Assembly (NCBI RefSeq): GCF_032191835.1
Contig: NC_083223.1
Location: 285,572,001-285,636,000, forward strand
DNA length: 64,000 nt
Source of the DNA: Heteronotia binoei
Lineage: Eukaryota
Direction of reading: 5' to 3'
Positions 1 to 11,897 of this stretch are shown piece by piece (within the stretch, counting starts at the first letter, position 1; each line of letters starts with the position of its first letter). The translations under genes and the position numbers were made by a program. Below the pieces are notes generated by a model that did not search any database, was not told the DNA's origin, and saw only the letters and a list, made by a program, of their open reading frames with translations.

Positions 1-794
1 TTCCCTCTGGCTTTTGTGTAGCTCTGGCGAGTCCTCCTCAAATGCTGCTGCGCTTGGAGAAATGGCTGCCCCATTTTCCTCTTCCATGGATGAAAAGTCC
101 ACAGACGGGATGCCGTTGAGGGCTTCAGCTGCCTCAAGCAAGCCAGCTTCAAGGCAGGCCTCCCCCACCGGCACTTCCTGCAGTGCCATTTCTAGGGCTT
201 CCATGACCAGCTGGGAGGGAAAAGGCACCTCATGCCCAGTGGTCTTCTCTTCCGCCTCCACTTCCTCATGGAGCTCTGCTTTCTTCCCCAACTCCCCCGT
301 GGCCAGTTGGACTGAAATGTCATCTCCATCTTCTTCTCCTGGTGGGCAACTGTGCTCGGCATTTGAGCTGGGCTCTCCCAAGCCATTTGGAACGAGAGGC
401 CCGTTGGAGTTGAAGAGCAGGAGCGATTCATGGATGAAGGACTGGGAAACTGTCCCAGCTCTGCTGGCTGTGGCCAACTCATTTTGTTGGGAGGAGCCTA
501 ACTGCAAAGCAGTGGAGTCAACGAAAGATGGGCCGACGTCCTCCGCCTCCAAAGCTGTGGTCGACTGGGGCTGCAGGGCGGAGTTGGCTTTCTGGAACTC
601 CCAGCCCCCTACGGGGCTTCTCTTCCTCTTGGGGAGCCCAGAGGCCGTGCTGAGTCTGAAGGGGCCACTCTGGCTCTTGGGCAACGGAGGCGTCACACCT
701 GCCTTCAGGAAGGTCGTGGGGCTCGGCCAGGGGTCTCGGGACCCCAGAGAGGCTGCTTGGCGCTTGGTCTTACTTGCTGCTTCCCATTTGCTCT
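1..794 (-). CDS. NES: NES exon 4, partial (acidic tail, continues beyond window)
   Basis: ttccacag acceptor, phase 1. Translated manually with no stop to position 1: ESKWEAASKT...GWEFQKANSALQ...QLVMEALEMALQE... Confidence 0.88.
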
Positions 795-3700
795 CTGTGG
801 AAGGAACAAAGCAGAAGGGTCAGTCAGCACAGCAAGTGTTCCCACCTCAGAAATCTGGCTTCAGAGCACGCTTGGCCAACGTCACGAAGGAGCCAGGCAC
901 GCAACTGCAACCTCCGCTTTTGGGGGAGCGCTAGTCTGCACGGGTTTAGCAGTCAGGTTAGAACGGATAAAAGGAGGTACTTCTTCACCCAAAGGGTGAT
1001 TAACATGTGGAATTCACTGCCACAGGAGGTGGCGCGGCTACATGCATAGACAGCTTCAAGAGGGGTTTGGATAGAGATACGGAGCAGAGGTCCATCAGTG
1101 GCTATTAGCCACAGAGTGTTGGACTGGAGGGGCCACTGGCCTGATCCAACAGGGCTTGTCTGATGTTCTTAAGAAGAGACCTTTCCTATGCAGGCCGTTT
1201 CCTTGGCCGCATATCGCCGTATGTTGTGGCCGGTTGGCAGCAGCCTGGGCAGGAGGGTGCAAGGGAGGGCAGGTGGCAGCCCCCAGGCTGTGGGTCACCT
1301 GCTTCGCACCCCCATCTCAGAAGGCAGGGGGAACCGCAACACCGCCCCCTTTTCTCAGGACTGGAACCCCAAACCTGCTGGCCCCTTAAGAACCCCCCGC
1401 CTCTGGGGAGCGAGTTCTGCTCAGGAAAGCTCACACTTCCTGGGATGACTGCAGCTACGGTAGTTGTTGGGCAGGTGTGGCTGGACTCCTGTTTCCTTCT
1501 GCTGCAACAGACGGATGTGCCCCCTCTCCCCCCAGGAAGACCCCGCTGCCCCCTCCCCTCTGCCTGGGAGCTTACCTGGGGGGCTGAGGGCCACTTGGGG
1601 GGCTGCTGGCATCTGCAGCCGTGTGCTCTCTGCTTCCAAGAGAGTCCTGAAAGGCAGAAGGGGAGGGGGGGAGAGGGGTGAGCACAGAGGAAGCCCCAGG
1701 CCCTCAAGGCCCCCCCGTCTTGTCCACTCAGGCGGGCAGCTGCTCTCTCGGGGGGGGGGGGTCTTTCCTACCCCCTCCTGCCTGGTCCTTTCCATCAGAG
1801 GAGGGAACCAGAGTGGGCCAAGCAGAGGCCCCTCCCTCCCTCCGCAGGGTGAGCAGCAGTCGTGCCTTCTTCTTTCACCCTGTCCAGGCCGACCGGGGAA
1901 TTCGGAGTCCCACAGAGCCAGACTTTCCAGCAGCAGGCGAGGACTGGAGACAGGCAGCCCCCCAAGAAGGGGAGTGGGTGGGGGGGGGTAAGGACCAAGC
2001 CTCGAGGAGCGCCTGCTTGAGGTGAAAGCAGCAGGAGCAGAGAGCCCCCCCCCAGAGGGGTCTGCCCCCTCAGCCTGCAGAGGCCATGGCCCTCCTGCTG
2101 GGGAAGGGAAGGGAAGGGAAGCTGTTGGGTGGCGGCGGGGACAGGAAGGGCCGCTGCTGCTTGCTGGGACCAGCCCATGGCCTCTGCTGCTTCTGCCCCC
2201 CCCCCCCCCCGGAGAACCCTCCCTCCCCCCTGAGGAGGAGCCCAGGCCCTCTGCCCCCCTCCCCTCCCCTGGTGGAGGATGACATCATGGCCAGCCAGGC
2301 CGGCAGGGCCTCCATTGGCATGCTAATGGGGGGGGGGGCGGCGGCTTCCCCTCTGCTTTTGTCTGAGCCATCTGGAGAGGAGGGAGGGAGGAGGGGGGCG
2401 GTGGGAAAGCGGGAGGTTCCCGTGGGAGGATGCTCTGCTGGGGGGGGGAGTGGGAGAGGAGGAGAGGAAGCGGGAGAGTCCCCATCAGACTTGCCTGCCC
2501 CCCCTTTGCTCTGAAGTTGTGCAAACTGCAGCCCCTTTCAGGAAAGACAGAGCGAGACATCCCCCCCCCCTCTGGTGGGCAGAAGAGGTTTCGTGACCCT
2601 CCTGCTCTGGGGGGGCCGAAGGGCAGACAGAGCTCTGGGACCTCTTGGCTTGGGCAGGGGGTCCAGTGCTGCTGGGCTGGGGAGTGGTCCGGCCCCAAGC
2701 CTCCCCCCTCCCCCGCCTCCCTCGCTCCCTCACCTGTAGGTGGCCACCTCCAGGCTGAGCGACATCTTCAGGTGCATCAGCTGGCGCTGCTCTTCCAGCA
2801 CCTGGGCGATGCGGAGGGCCAGGCCCTGCTTCTCCTCCTCCAGCCCCTCCACGGCCAGCTGCAGGGGGGCAGAGACCACCCGTCAGTGGGGGGGGGGACA
2901 GCTGAGTGTTCACCTCTCTGGCAATGGGGTGGGGGGGAAGGCTGGCTGCAGCCCATCCCTAGGCTTCTTTGGGGCCAGCTGCCTCCGTTGATGCCCATGG
3001 GGGACCAAAGACAACATTTCCACTCCACTCCCATTTCTGTTCTAGGGGACGGCTGGGCTGAGAGATCCCCCTTGCCAGTCAGAAGGGCTCCGGGGAAGCT
3101 GGGCAGGAGTCCAGCCTGGGGTGGTGGGGCTGGCAGGCTGCTAAGGAAAGCAGGCATGATTCATTCCGCAGGCTGTGGGGGCTTGGTCGCCATCCTCCCT
3201 TGAGGGCAGGCAGAGGCCAGTTCTCTTCTGTGGGGGACCCCCCCCCCCCAATTCTATTCTCTGTACTGCCTGGAGGAGAACTCCTCCCTGGTTGGGGATC
3301 AGGCTGCCCTCAAGGTGCTGGTGAGGCCCTGAACTGGTGCCTGCCAGGCTGCTCCACTCCCATGGCCAAGAGTGAGCAAGTGGATTGCGAAGCCTGACAT
3401 ATGAGAGAGAGAGACAGAGACAGAGAGAGACAAAGACAGACAGACAGAGAGAGGGAGGGAGAGAGAGAGACACAGACAGACATAGAAAGACAAAGAGGGA
3501 CAGAGACAGAGACATAGAAAGAGAGACAGAGAGAGAGAGAGGCAGGGAGAGAGAAACAAACAGAGNNNNNNNNNNNNNNNNNNNNNNNNNNNNNNNNNNN
3601 NNNNNNNNNNNNNNNNNNNNNNNNNNNNNNNNNNNNNNNNNNNNNNNNNNNNNNNNNNNNNNNNNNNNNNNNNNNNNNNNNNNNNNNNNNNNNNNNNNNN

Positions 3701-6700
3701 NNNNNNNACGGAGAGAGGGAGAGAGACACAGAGAGAGAGAGAGAGAGAAGGGGCCAGGTGGGAAGGCGGAGGTCTTGAAGGGTGTTGCCCTCCCCACTTT
3801 TGAGGGGGTCCCACTGATCATCACTGACTGGGGGTCCTTCTGGATCCAGCCTGGTTGCCAGAGAAGGAAGGTGCCAACAACCCGTCCTTCCAGCTCCTGA
3901 GGCTGAAGAGAGCCCTCTGCCTTGCCTTCCCTTGGCTCTCCTGGCCTGGCGAGTCCATCATGCGGTCATCTGCCCTATGCTGAGCAGGGGTTTGCCGTTC
4001 AAGTCCACTTGGTACAGCTGACTGATTCTCTGTAGCTGCAGAGGAGTGTGCCTATTGCCCCCCTTCTGCAGGGACTCATGAGTTGCTGGGCTTCATTCAA
4101 GGCTGTGGTTACTAAAGACCTCGGACCCTCTTCGCTGCCACTCTTGGCCACAACAGCCCTTGGAGCATGCCATCCCTCCCCCTGCAGCTGCCTGTCGGTG
4201 CATCCTCGGTGGTGGCCCCTGCCCTCTTGGACAACCTGCCTGCGGAGGTCAGGAAATCCCCCCCATTCCATTACTCAGCAGAATGTCCAAAGCAGAAATT
4301 TTAAAAGGGATCTGGGCTGTAACAGATGGGAGCAGTCCCCTGCGGGGGAAGGGCCCTCCAGGGTCATCTAGTCCAACCCCCTGCGCAATGCAGGACACTC
4401 ACAAACCCCTCCTCCCCAGTGAGCCCTGCAGGCTCCAGGCTCACAAGATGGCCAAACCCTCCTGGAGCCCTGGCCAAACTGGCCTGGAAGGAAATTGCTT
4501 CTGACCCCCAAGTGGTGATCAGCTCTTCCCCAGGTGTGTCAGGAAGGGCCATGAGGACTCAGCCCTGAGGCAGCCCCCCTCCTGCCCTCCCTCTCAGGTG
4601 GCCATCCCGCCTCTGCTGCCAAACCTCCACCCCCCACCTCCCCGCTGAGGAAAGGCTGAAATGGTCAGGAAGTTATCAAAGATTTCAGGTTTTCACGGCT
4701 GGTAACATCATTAGGGTTTGTAGAATCTTTCGGGATCAAGTGCCGTGTTCTACTGGAGAAAGTTTTCCTTCCAGACGTTTCGTTCTCAGCTGCGGAGAAC
4801 ATCCTCAGTGGCGTTGCAGCCGGAGCTCAGCGCCTGCTCCGGCTGCAACGCCACTGAGGATGTTCTCCGCAGCTGAGAACGAAACGTCTGGAAGGAAAAC
4901 TTTCTCCAGTAGAACACGGCACTTGAGCCCGAAAGATTCTACAAACCCTAATGGTCAGGAAGTTCTTCCTCATGTCGAGCGGGAAACTTTGCCCTCTGCG
5001 TGGCAGCCTGTAGGGCTTGTCTGGCCTGAGAGGGTTTTCCGCTTGTAATGCTGCCCTGTCCTGGAAGCCTCCTGCTATGGAATAGCTTCTGGAGCCATCT
5101 GCTTGAGAGTGAAGAAACCCCGCTGGATAATCCGCCGGGAGGAAGGCAGCAGGGGGGGCCTGGGGAAGAGCGGAGGCGCCAGGAGCCCACGCGGGGCTCA
5201 CAGGGACATGCCTTCCTTCCCGCTGGGCCCCACTGGGACTGGCTCTTCCCGAGAACGAGCGCAGCCGCGGGACTTGAGACCTGTATCCCGGGCGGGGGGG
5301 GGGCCGCCGAGAGAGCAGGAGCACCTTCAAGACTAACCGACTTTGCAGCGGGGGAGGCGCTTTCGTGGGTCCCTTGGGAAGCCACTGCCTCGCGTGGAAG
5401 GTGCCCCGGCCTCTTCTCGAGTGCTGCAAGCAGCCTAGCAGGGCTTTTTGTCTGGAAGAAGAAGAGGCGCCAGAGCTCTCCAGAGGGAGAAACGCACAGG
5501 TGCCCTTCATGGGATTGGAAACATTTTCGGGAGAACTGGGGTTCCACAAAGAGGTTCCAGAACTCCATTCCGCCGCCTTCCCCCAGAAGGAAGGCCGCTG
5601 AAGTCAGCACCGCTTAAGTTAGAAACCTGCGGAATCCTCCCGCATCGCTGTGGGCATCTGCCCGGCACCAGAATTAATGCGGGGGGGGGGGGGGGATGCA
5701 CGTGCTGGAGACTGGGCGGGGGGGGCGGTGGAGAGAGAGGTCTACATTTTGCAACACGGAGAGGCACCAGCTGGCCCCTGTGCGCACGACAAGGCCTGTC
5801 TTTGGGCACGAAGTGACTCAAAGCGTCCGTCTGGGCCCCTGCTTGATGCTCCCGAGGCCCCCCCCGCAAGGTAGGTGCGGCTGAGCGGGAGTGGCGCAGG
5901 TTTCCCAGGGAGCAGCCGGGACCCACGGCGGGGATTTGAGCCTGGCTCGCCCCCCCCCCCCCCCCCGAGCAGCCCTCTGGCCACGATGCCGCCCCGGCCA
6001 GAGCGCAGAACGAGGCGGCCCCGCGGCTACCTGCAGCTTGTGGGCTTCTCCTTGCTGGTGCTGCCACTGGTGGGCCAGGCGCTGGCGCAGCGTCTCCTTG
6101 CGGCCCTGGAGGGCGGCCAGCTCCTTTTCCAGCTGCTGCAGCTGCAGGTGGCTGTGCCGGTTGCGCTCGGCGGCCTCGCAGAGGTTCTCCTTGGCCTGGC
6201 GCAGGGAGGCCTGCAGCTGCGAGACCTCCGCCTGGTAGGTGTCCACGGCGCCCCGCCACAGCTCGGAGAGCCGCCGCGAGTAGTCCTCCAGCTCCCCCGC
6301 CGGGAAAGGCGGCCCAGGGGGGCGGCAGCTCTCCAGGCGCCAGGGCCCGCCGGCGGCGCCGTCGTGCTCCAGGCGCGCGCGCTCCTCCAGGTGCGCCTGG
6401 GCCGCGGCGTGCAGCTCCTTCTGCAGCTGGCCCGCCCGCTCCTGCAGCCACAGGTGGCCGCGCTTCTCCTCCTCCAGCTGCTGCTTGCTGGCGGCCAGCA
6501 GCCTCTTGGCCTCTTCGCGGGCCGCGCGCTCCTTCTGGCACCGGCTCTGCAGCCGCTGCAGCTCCTGCGCCACGCCGGCCCGGGCCAGCTCCGCCGCGCT
6601 CTTCTGGCGGAAGGCCTCGTCCAGCTCGGCGCGCCGGGCGCCCACCTCCTCCTCGCACCGGGCCCGCCACCAAGAGCCCGCCTGCTCGCCCGCCGGCCCC

Positions 6701-6867
6701 GGGCTGCCCCGCAGGCGCTGCAGCTCCCACGCCAGGCCCTCGTTCTCCTCCTCCAGCGCCTTCACCCGCGCCAGGTAGGCCTCCAGCCGCTTGTTGAGCT
6801 CCCACATCTGGAGCGAGGCCTCCCCCAAGGGCCGCCCCGCCGCCTCCAGCAAAGTGCTCTCCAGCAT
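1..6867 (-). CDS. NES: Nestin (type VI intermediate filament), 3'-partial; coding exons 6867-6031, 2858-2734, 1646-1576, 794-<1
   Basis: Rod starts GEASLQMWELNKRLEAYLARVKALEEEN and ends HLKMSLSLEVATYRTLLEAE. Four-exon layout as in mammalian NES. The acidic tail frame is open to the window edge. Confidence 0.96.
948..1171 (+). mobile_element. Short CR1 3' fragment in NES intron 3
   Basis: YFFTQRVINMWNSLPQEV plus CR1 tail. Confidence 0.85.
1576..1646 (-). CDS. NES: NES exon 3 (71 nt)
   Basis: ctttcag|(R)TLLEAESTRLQMPAAPQVALSPP|gtaag. Confidence 0.93.
2320..2363 (-). promoter_or_regulatory. Candidate NES intron-2 neural enhancer core (SOX site GACAAAAG plus POU site ATTAGCAT)
   Basis: Both motifs lie on the gene strand in intron 2, the intron that carries the SOX/POU neural enhancer in rodents. 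Confidence 0.5.
2734..2858 (-). CDS. NES: NES exon 2 (125 nt)
   Basis: tgcag|LAVEGLEEEKQGLALRIAQVLEEQRQLMHLKMSLSLEVATY(R)|gtgag. Confidence 0.96.
3402..3750. repeat. (GA)n/(GACA)n compound microsatellite spanning a gap
   Basis: Direct inspection. Confidence 0.9.
3566..3707. other. Assembly gap (142 N)
   Basis: N run. Confidence 1.
4771..4811 (-). ncRNA. Identical hammerhead motif on the minus strand (sense to NES pre-mRNA)
   Basis: Exact reverse complement of 4851-4891. Confidence 0.65.
4851..4891 (+). ncRNA. Minimal type I hammerhead ribozyme motif (Penelope-type)
   Basis: CCA-CUGAGGA-U-GUUCUC(cgcagcu)GAGAAC-GAA-ACGU-C-UGG: conserved core, 6-bp stem II, palindromic ACGU, GUC cleavage triplet (cut after 4888). 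Confidence 0.65.
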
Positions 6868-7150
6868 CCTGCTCTCTCGCGCTCGCTCTCTGGCCGCAGC
6901 CGGCGCGTCGAACCCGAATCCGGCAGAGGCTGGCCTTGCGCGGGCGAAGCAGCAGCAGCAGCCAGCCACGAGGAGGGAGCGAGGGAGGGAGCGAGTGAGG
7001 CCCCCCTCGCGGGCCAGGCCGGGTCTATTCGGGGAGGGGAGGGGAGGGGAGGGGTGGCTCTTCCCCCGGGCAGCTGCACTTAACCCTTTGCTCGACCAGA
7101 AGCGGGCAGGAGAGCGCTGCAGCCCCCCCCCCCCCCAGGCAGGGCCCTCA
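5930..7150. promoter_or_regulatory. CpG island over NES exon 1 and promoter
   Basis: High CpG density by eye; GC boxes upstream of the ATG. Confidence 0.65.
6031..6867 (-). CDS. NES: NES exon 1 (279 codons)
   Basis: ATG at 6867 in context gcaggATG; MLESTLLEAAG...QQGEAHKLQ; donor gtagcc, phase 0. Confidence 0.93.
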
Positions 7151-8195
7151 GCCTCCGCTGCCCCCTCCCTCCCCAGGCTGAGAGCGGCGACTTGGCAAAA
7201 GAGGCCACTTTGCGCCTGGGACACACCGCTGGAGTGCAGGTGGGAAGGTCTCGGCCCCACAGGTAGGAGCGTCTGTGTGCGCGCGCACTCCCTCGGGGAA
7301 CAAAGCGGAGTCTAGCGGCGCCTTGCAGACCCACCAAGTTTTATTCCGAATCAAAGCTGGTGCGTCTTAAAGATGCTGCTGGACTCGGCTTTGCTCCGCT
7401 GCCCCCCCCCCCCCCGCCCTTCCTCTGGGGACATGCGCTGCCGGGCTTGCACCCAAACGCTCCCGCCCCCCTCTACTGCTTGGGGCCACCCCTTTGGAGG
7501 GGCATTCGAGAGGGCACAAGGGAAGCTGCCCCCCTGGAGTTCGCCAGCACCCCCCCGGCTCCTTTATGAGGGCGAAGTGACCCCGCCTGGTCTCCCCCCC
7601 CCCCGCCTTTGGGTCAGGAGCCACACTGGGAGGAACTGCAGTCACCCCCCCCCCCAACACGAAGCTCCGTCTGGCGGAGAAGAGGGAGGGGCTGCAGGAA
7701 GAGGAGGCCGCCCCCGGACCCTAGTCCTAACCCCCCGCCCGCCCCACCTCCCGGGCTGAAGGGCTCCAAGGCGAGCCAAGGGCCCCCTCTGGCGGGCAGC
7801 AGAGCGAGTGGCCGGCTGCGCAGCAAGTGGAGGGAGCGGCCGCCGCCGCCCGAGTCTGTCTCTCGCACTAGGAAAGCGCACGAGCCCCGCAGGGGACGCG
7901 GGGACTGGGGGAGGGGGGCACTGCGGGGGGGGCCCTGGTAGCCAGCGGCAGGCTCGGGCCTGAGGAGCTCCTCCCCCCCCCCCATCTGGGGAGTCCTGAA
8001 GCTTCTCCTGCACGCCGCGCAGCCACCTGCGGCTCTTGCACACATTCCGCATGGTCGCTTTGCTTCTCTTTAAACCAGCGCCCCCCAACCGTTTGGGCGT
8101 CAGGGACCGGTTTTGCGGAAGACAATTTTTCCATGCACAGGGGGCGGGGTGGGGGAATGGTTTCCAGATGGTACAGTTGTGCACTTTATTTTGTT

Positions 8196-8425
8196 GTGGT
8201 GGTTAATTAAGCGTGCGGACTCTTACTCCTCCATTTGCACCTGCTGGAATGGCCTTCTTGGGTCAGCCATGGCTCTGGCAGAGGTTGTCCTTGAAAGGGC
8301 AGCTTCTGGAAGAGCTCTCTCCGCCAGCCTACCTCACAGGGTGTCTGTTGTGGGAGAGGAAGGGAAAGGAGATTGTGAGCCGCTCTGAGACTCTGATTCA
8401 GAGAGAAGGGTGGGGTATAAATCTG
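8196..8425 (+). mobile_element. Squam3-like SINE, internally deleted
   Basis: gcggactctta...ctgctggaatggcc...acctcacagggtgtctgttgtggg...gtataaatc. Confidence 0.75.
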
Positions 8426-9047
8426 CCGTTCTCATTATTAAAGTTATTTTCTTTCCACCTCTCCATCCGTTTGCAGCTCTCCAACCTCTGACGTTTCTCC
8501 TTTGTGGCTCTTATGTGAAGCAAGTGTGGCCTCCTTGGTGTCTTTTGTATCCTGGGTCTGAATCTCTGTGCTGAGGAAGAGTCAGCAGCAGGGCCTCTTG
8601 GCCCACCCGTGGCAGAAAGACAAAAGGCGAGCTGCTGGGGACCTTCTGCAGCAAGACCCCCACTGGGGAGCGGCTGCAGAAACAGATCACGGGGGTGGGG
8701 GGGGGGCGACCCTCCACTTCCACCACTGAGCAGTCTCCTTCCACTGCAGGAGTGCTCCTGGATTTCTGAAGAGCTGCCCCAAAAGTTCCTGCTGGAGATG
8801 CCAGGCAAACTGAGGGGTGGCGGTGCTGGGGGTTGCCATCTGGGATTCCTAAAGCCATCATCAGATGGGGTCATTGGGCACAGCTGGATCCCCTCGCAGG
8901 GCCCAGAAGCCTCAAGAGAGGGGCTAGAAGGAGGCCTTGGACACCAGGTGACCTCCCCTTCTATCCCCCTTGGAGGGGTCCCGCTGCAGCAGGCTGCGTT
9001 GGGGAGCGAGGTGGAGGGGGCTCTGGGCAGCAGGCACGGAGGAGGAG

Positions 9048-9232
9048 ATTAGATTTATAGCCCACCCTATACTCTGAATCTCAGCTGCTCTTCCAAGGAC
9101 AGAGTCTCAGAGCGGCTCACAATCTCCCTTTACCTCCTCCCGCACAACAGACACCCTGTGAGGTGGGTGGGGCTGAGAGAGCCCTGACAGTAGCTGCTCT
9201 TCCAAGGACAACTCCTAGGAGAGCTATGACCT
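9048..9232 (-). mobile_element. Squam3-like SINE, 3' half
   Basis: gatttatagcccacc...acagacaccctgtgaggtgggtgggg. Confidence 0.75.
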
Positions 9233-11891
9233 TCCCCCACCCCCAGTCACCTGCCTCGTATCAGCCTGCTGTGTCCTTTGCTGGGACCAACTCGTCTTCT
9301 CTCGCCCCTCTTCTAGCAAAAAGCAGATCTTGGCCAGAATCTCGCCTCTTTTTTCCCACAGCAGCATTCCTAAGGAGGTGGGTGGAATTCCAGCTTGTTC
9401 ACCGGCTGGACGGGAAGAGCTCAGAGGGTGGCACTGTCTGACTGGCCAGGCAGCCAGAGCCCCAGACATGGGCACTGATGCTCCCCTAGAGAGCTTGTTT
9501 GGCCCCATCACGCTCATCTTCAGCCTCCCCGCCCCCACGGGCAGGGGGCTCCTCTAGAAGCCCAGCTCTTCTGCCTCAACCACAGGCTTGGGCGGAGCTT
9601 CAGCTGCTTTCAAAGTAACTTCCTTTCCCTTGTGACAACAAAGGGGGGGGGGAACCACCTAAAAACGTCTGGGTGGAAAAGCTCGTTTCTGTGACTCCAT
9701 GAAGCCTGGTTCTTTCAGGACGTCTGGGGCACATCAGGCACATAACTGGGGGCACGGGTGGGATCAGATCTGAGCCTGGAGACTCTGTGTCCAGAGACCC
9801 TTCCCCTGGCACAGCCGCACGCCTTGAGTCATGGGGCCTGGGTCTGTGGGGCAGAAGACAAAGACTGCCTGCTGGAGCCCTGCCCTGGGGGACAGCCCAG
9901 CCACAAGCCGGGCCGGGGGCTGCTTGGAGCAGTCAGCCAGCCCACCCTGCCAAGGACCTAGGTGGGAGACCTCCAAAGGAAGACCAGCAGTTGGGGGGGG
10001 CAGGCAAACACCAAACCACTCTCTGTCCGCCCTTGCGCCCCAGCACCACTAGGGGTCGCCAGAGCCAGCCATGCCTGCAGGAGGGGGAGGGGGGTCCTGG
10101 GGGGGGGCTTCTTCCGCCTGAGCCCCTTGCAGGGGGGGGAGTCTCCTCCAGCTCACCTAACCTAGGAGGGGGAAGGCTCCGTGGCAGAAGAGCCTGCATG
10201 CCCTGGAATGGGCCAAGGAACCAGACTTATTGGAGGCTTTCTCCTATTCACCTGCCCAGAGGCATCAGGCTACACCAATGAGGACACTGCCCCCCCCCCA
10301 AAGCTGGGCCAGCAGAAAGGAGGCATTGGGGGCAGGGCAGTGATGCCCTTTGGCCTGGGGGGGGGGGAAGAAGCCAAAAGTGCCTCCCCTGGGAGGGGGG
10401 AGAACTTCCCCAAGGGCTGGTCAAGCGCGCCCCCCTCCCTGCCCCCTTTGAGTAGAGTTTGGGAGGAATGGGATGCTAGAAAGTCTCCAGATGGGTGGGT
10501 GGAGCCCCTGGGAGTAGAGGGGGAGGGAGCTAGAGGAGTCTGTCCTATTTTAACATCCAAGAGGGCCTGTGTAGAGAAAGGGACAGAGGACTCGCATTTC
10601 CCCCCCCTTCCTCAGCTAAAAGTATGTTCAAGAGCATCCTTTGGAGGGTGGGAGGAGTTCTCTGTACCACACAGACCTGCTATTTTAAAAGGGGAGCTGG
10701 AGGGGAAGGCAGGCAGTGGGCAAGCGGCCAGTCCTCCAGGGGTGCAGCTGCTGCAATGACCTTCCCCCGTGGGGAGCAGGTGCTGGGCGACGGCCCCATC
10801 CCTCCCCATGGGCAACTCCTTGCCTCAAGGCCAGGGGGTGGAAGAACAGCCTCTGTGGGTGTGCAGGACCACCTAGGAGGGCAGGGTGGAGTGAGGGCCT
10901 GCAGGCCACAAGAGCTGCTGGTCTTTAAGGTGCTCCCTGGCTGTTGCTCTTCTCTGCTGCTACAGACAGCGGCTACCCATCTTGAAGCTGGCGCTTTTTG
11001 TCTCCATGTGCACCACCTTGCATTTACCGATACTGGACTCAGTTTCCCACTCACCCTCCTGGAGCTCTTCACAGCCAGCCTTGGCTTCTGACACCCTACA
11101 GAATTCTGGCCCAAATATCCCGCGGCTCTCCTCCCTCCACTGTGGGAACTGCCCTTCCCCCGCTTGCCATCCGGCAGAGGAGCTGTCCCCTATCAAGGCC
11201 TTCTCTTGCCACCTTCTCCTGACAGAACAACCCGACTGCTGCTATGGGAGAAACAAACACCCGCAATTTCGAAGGGCCTCTTTCAGCCGCCCCCAACCCA
11301 GAGGCCAGGGCCAACCTGGTGGCGTGAAGGTTTCATCTGCAGGAGACTGGAGCAGGGCCAATGCTTTGGGGAGGGGGAAGGGGGGACTTCCGGCCACCCA
11401 ACGCAGACGGGCGAGGTCTGGGCACATTGCAGTCCGGGCTCTGGGTTCCAGGGGAGCAGTGCAGCCACACCTCCCCTGAAGACTCAGAGGGCCACCGAAG
11501 GGCCCTGCAGGCCTCTTTTTCACCCCCCCACCCCCTGCCCTGCAGGGGAATCCTCCCACTTGCCCCACACCTGCGTGCGGAGGGGGAGGGAGGAGAGCAG
11601 AGAGGCATCCTGGCTGCGAAGCTGGTTTGACCCCTGTCTGTCACAGAGATGGCACCTGAGCTTTTGGATGTGAAGAGCACGAAAGCCTCCAGCACGGCCA
11701 TGGGTGTGAATGGGCCGCAGGGCCTTCTTCTCCCTGGCCCAGAGAAACCAGCACATCAATCCTGACTGGGCACGGGGCTGTCACCTTTGGGTGCGTGCCG
11801 AGGGTCTGCACCCTCCCCAGACTTCCAGCACAGAGCAACACAGAGGCAGGCACGCAGCAGAAGGGTTTTTCTAAAAAGGCATTCAGTCGCT

Positions 11892-11897
11892 TTTATT
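11892..11897 (-). terminator. Candidate HDGF polyadenylation signal AATAAA
   Basis: First minus-strand AATAAA about 250 nt after the stop codon, followed by U/GU-rich sequence. A more distal one lies at 8185-8190. Confidence 0.45.

Larger units (their letters stand above)
4672..4953. mobile_element. Penelope-like element remnant: 118-bp inverted arms (4709-4826 / 4836-4953) around a 9-nt loop
   Basis: Arms match at 117/118 positions. The PLE-like terminus ...gatgttaccagccgtgaaaacctgaaatctttga lies on the minus strand at 4672-4710. Confidence 0.75.

Noticed and set aside
14-934. 306-aa plus-strand ORF
   Set aside because: Antisense shadow of NES exon 4.
3141-3900. Ser/Leu- and Arg/Glu-rich ORFs
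   Set aside because: Translation of a GA microsatellite and an N gap.
5507-7083. 432-aa and 402-aa alternative-frame or antisense ORFs
   Set aside because: GC-rich shadows of the NES exon 1 coiled coil.
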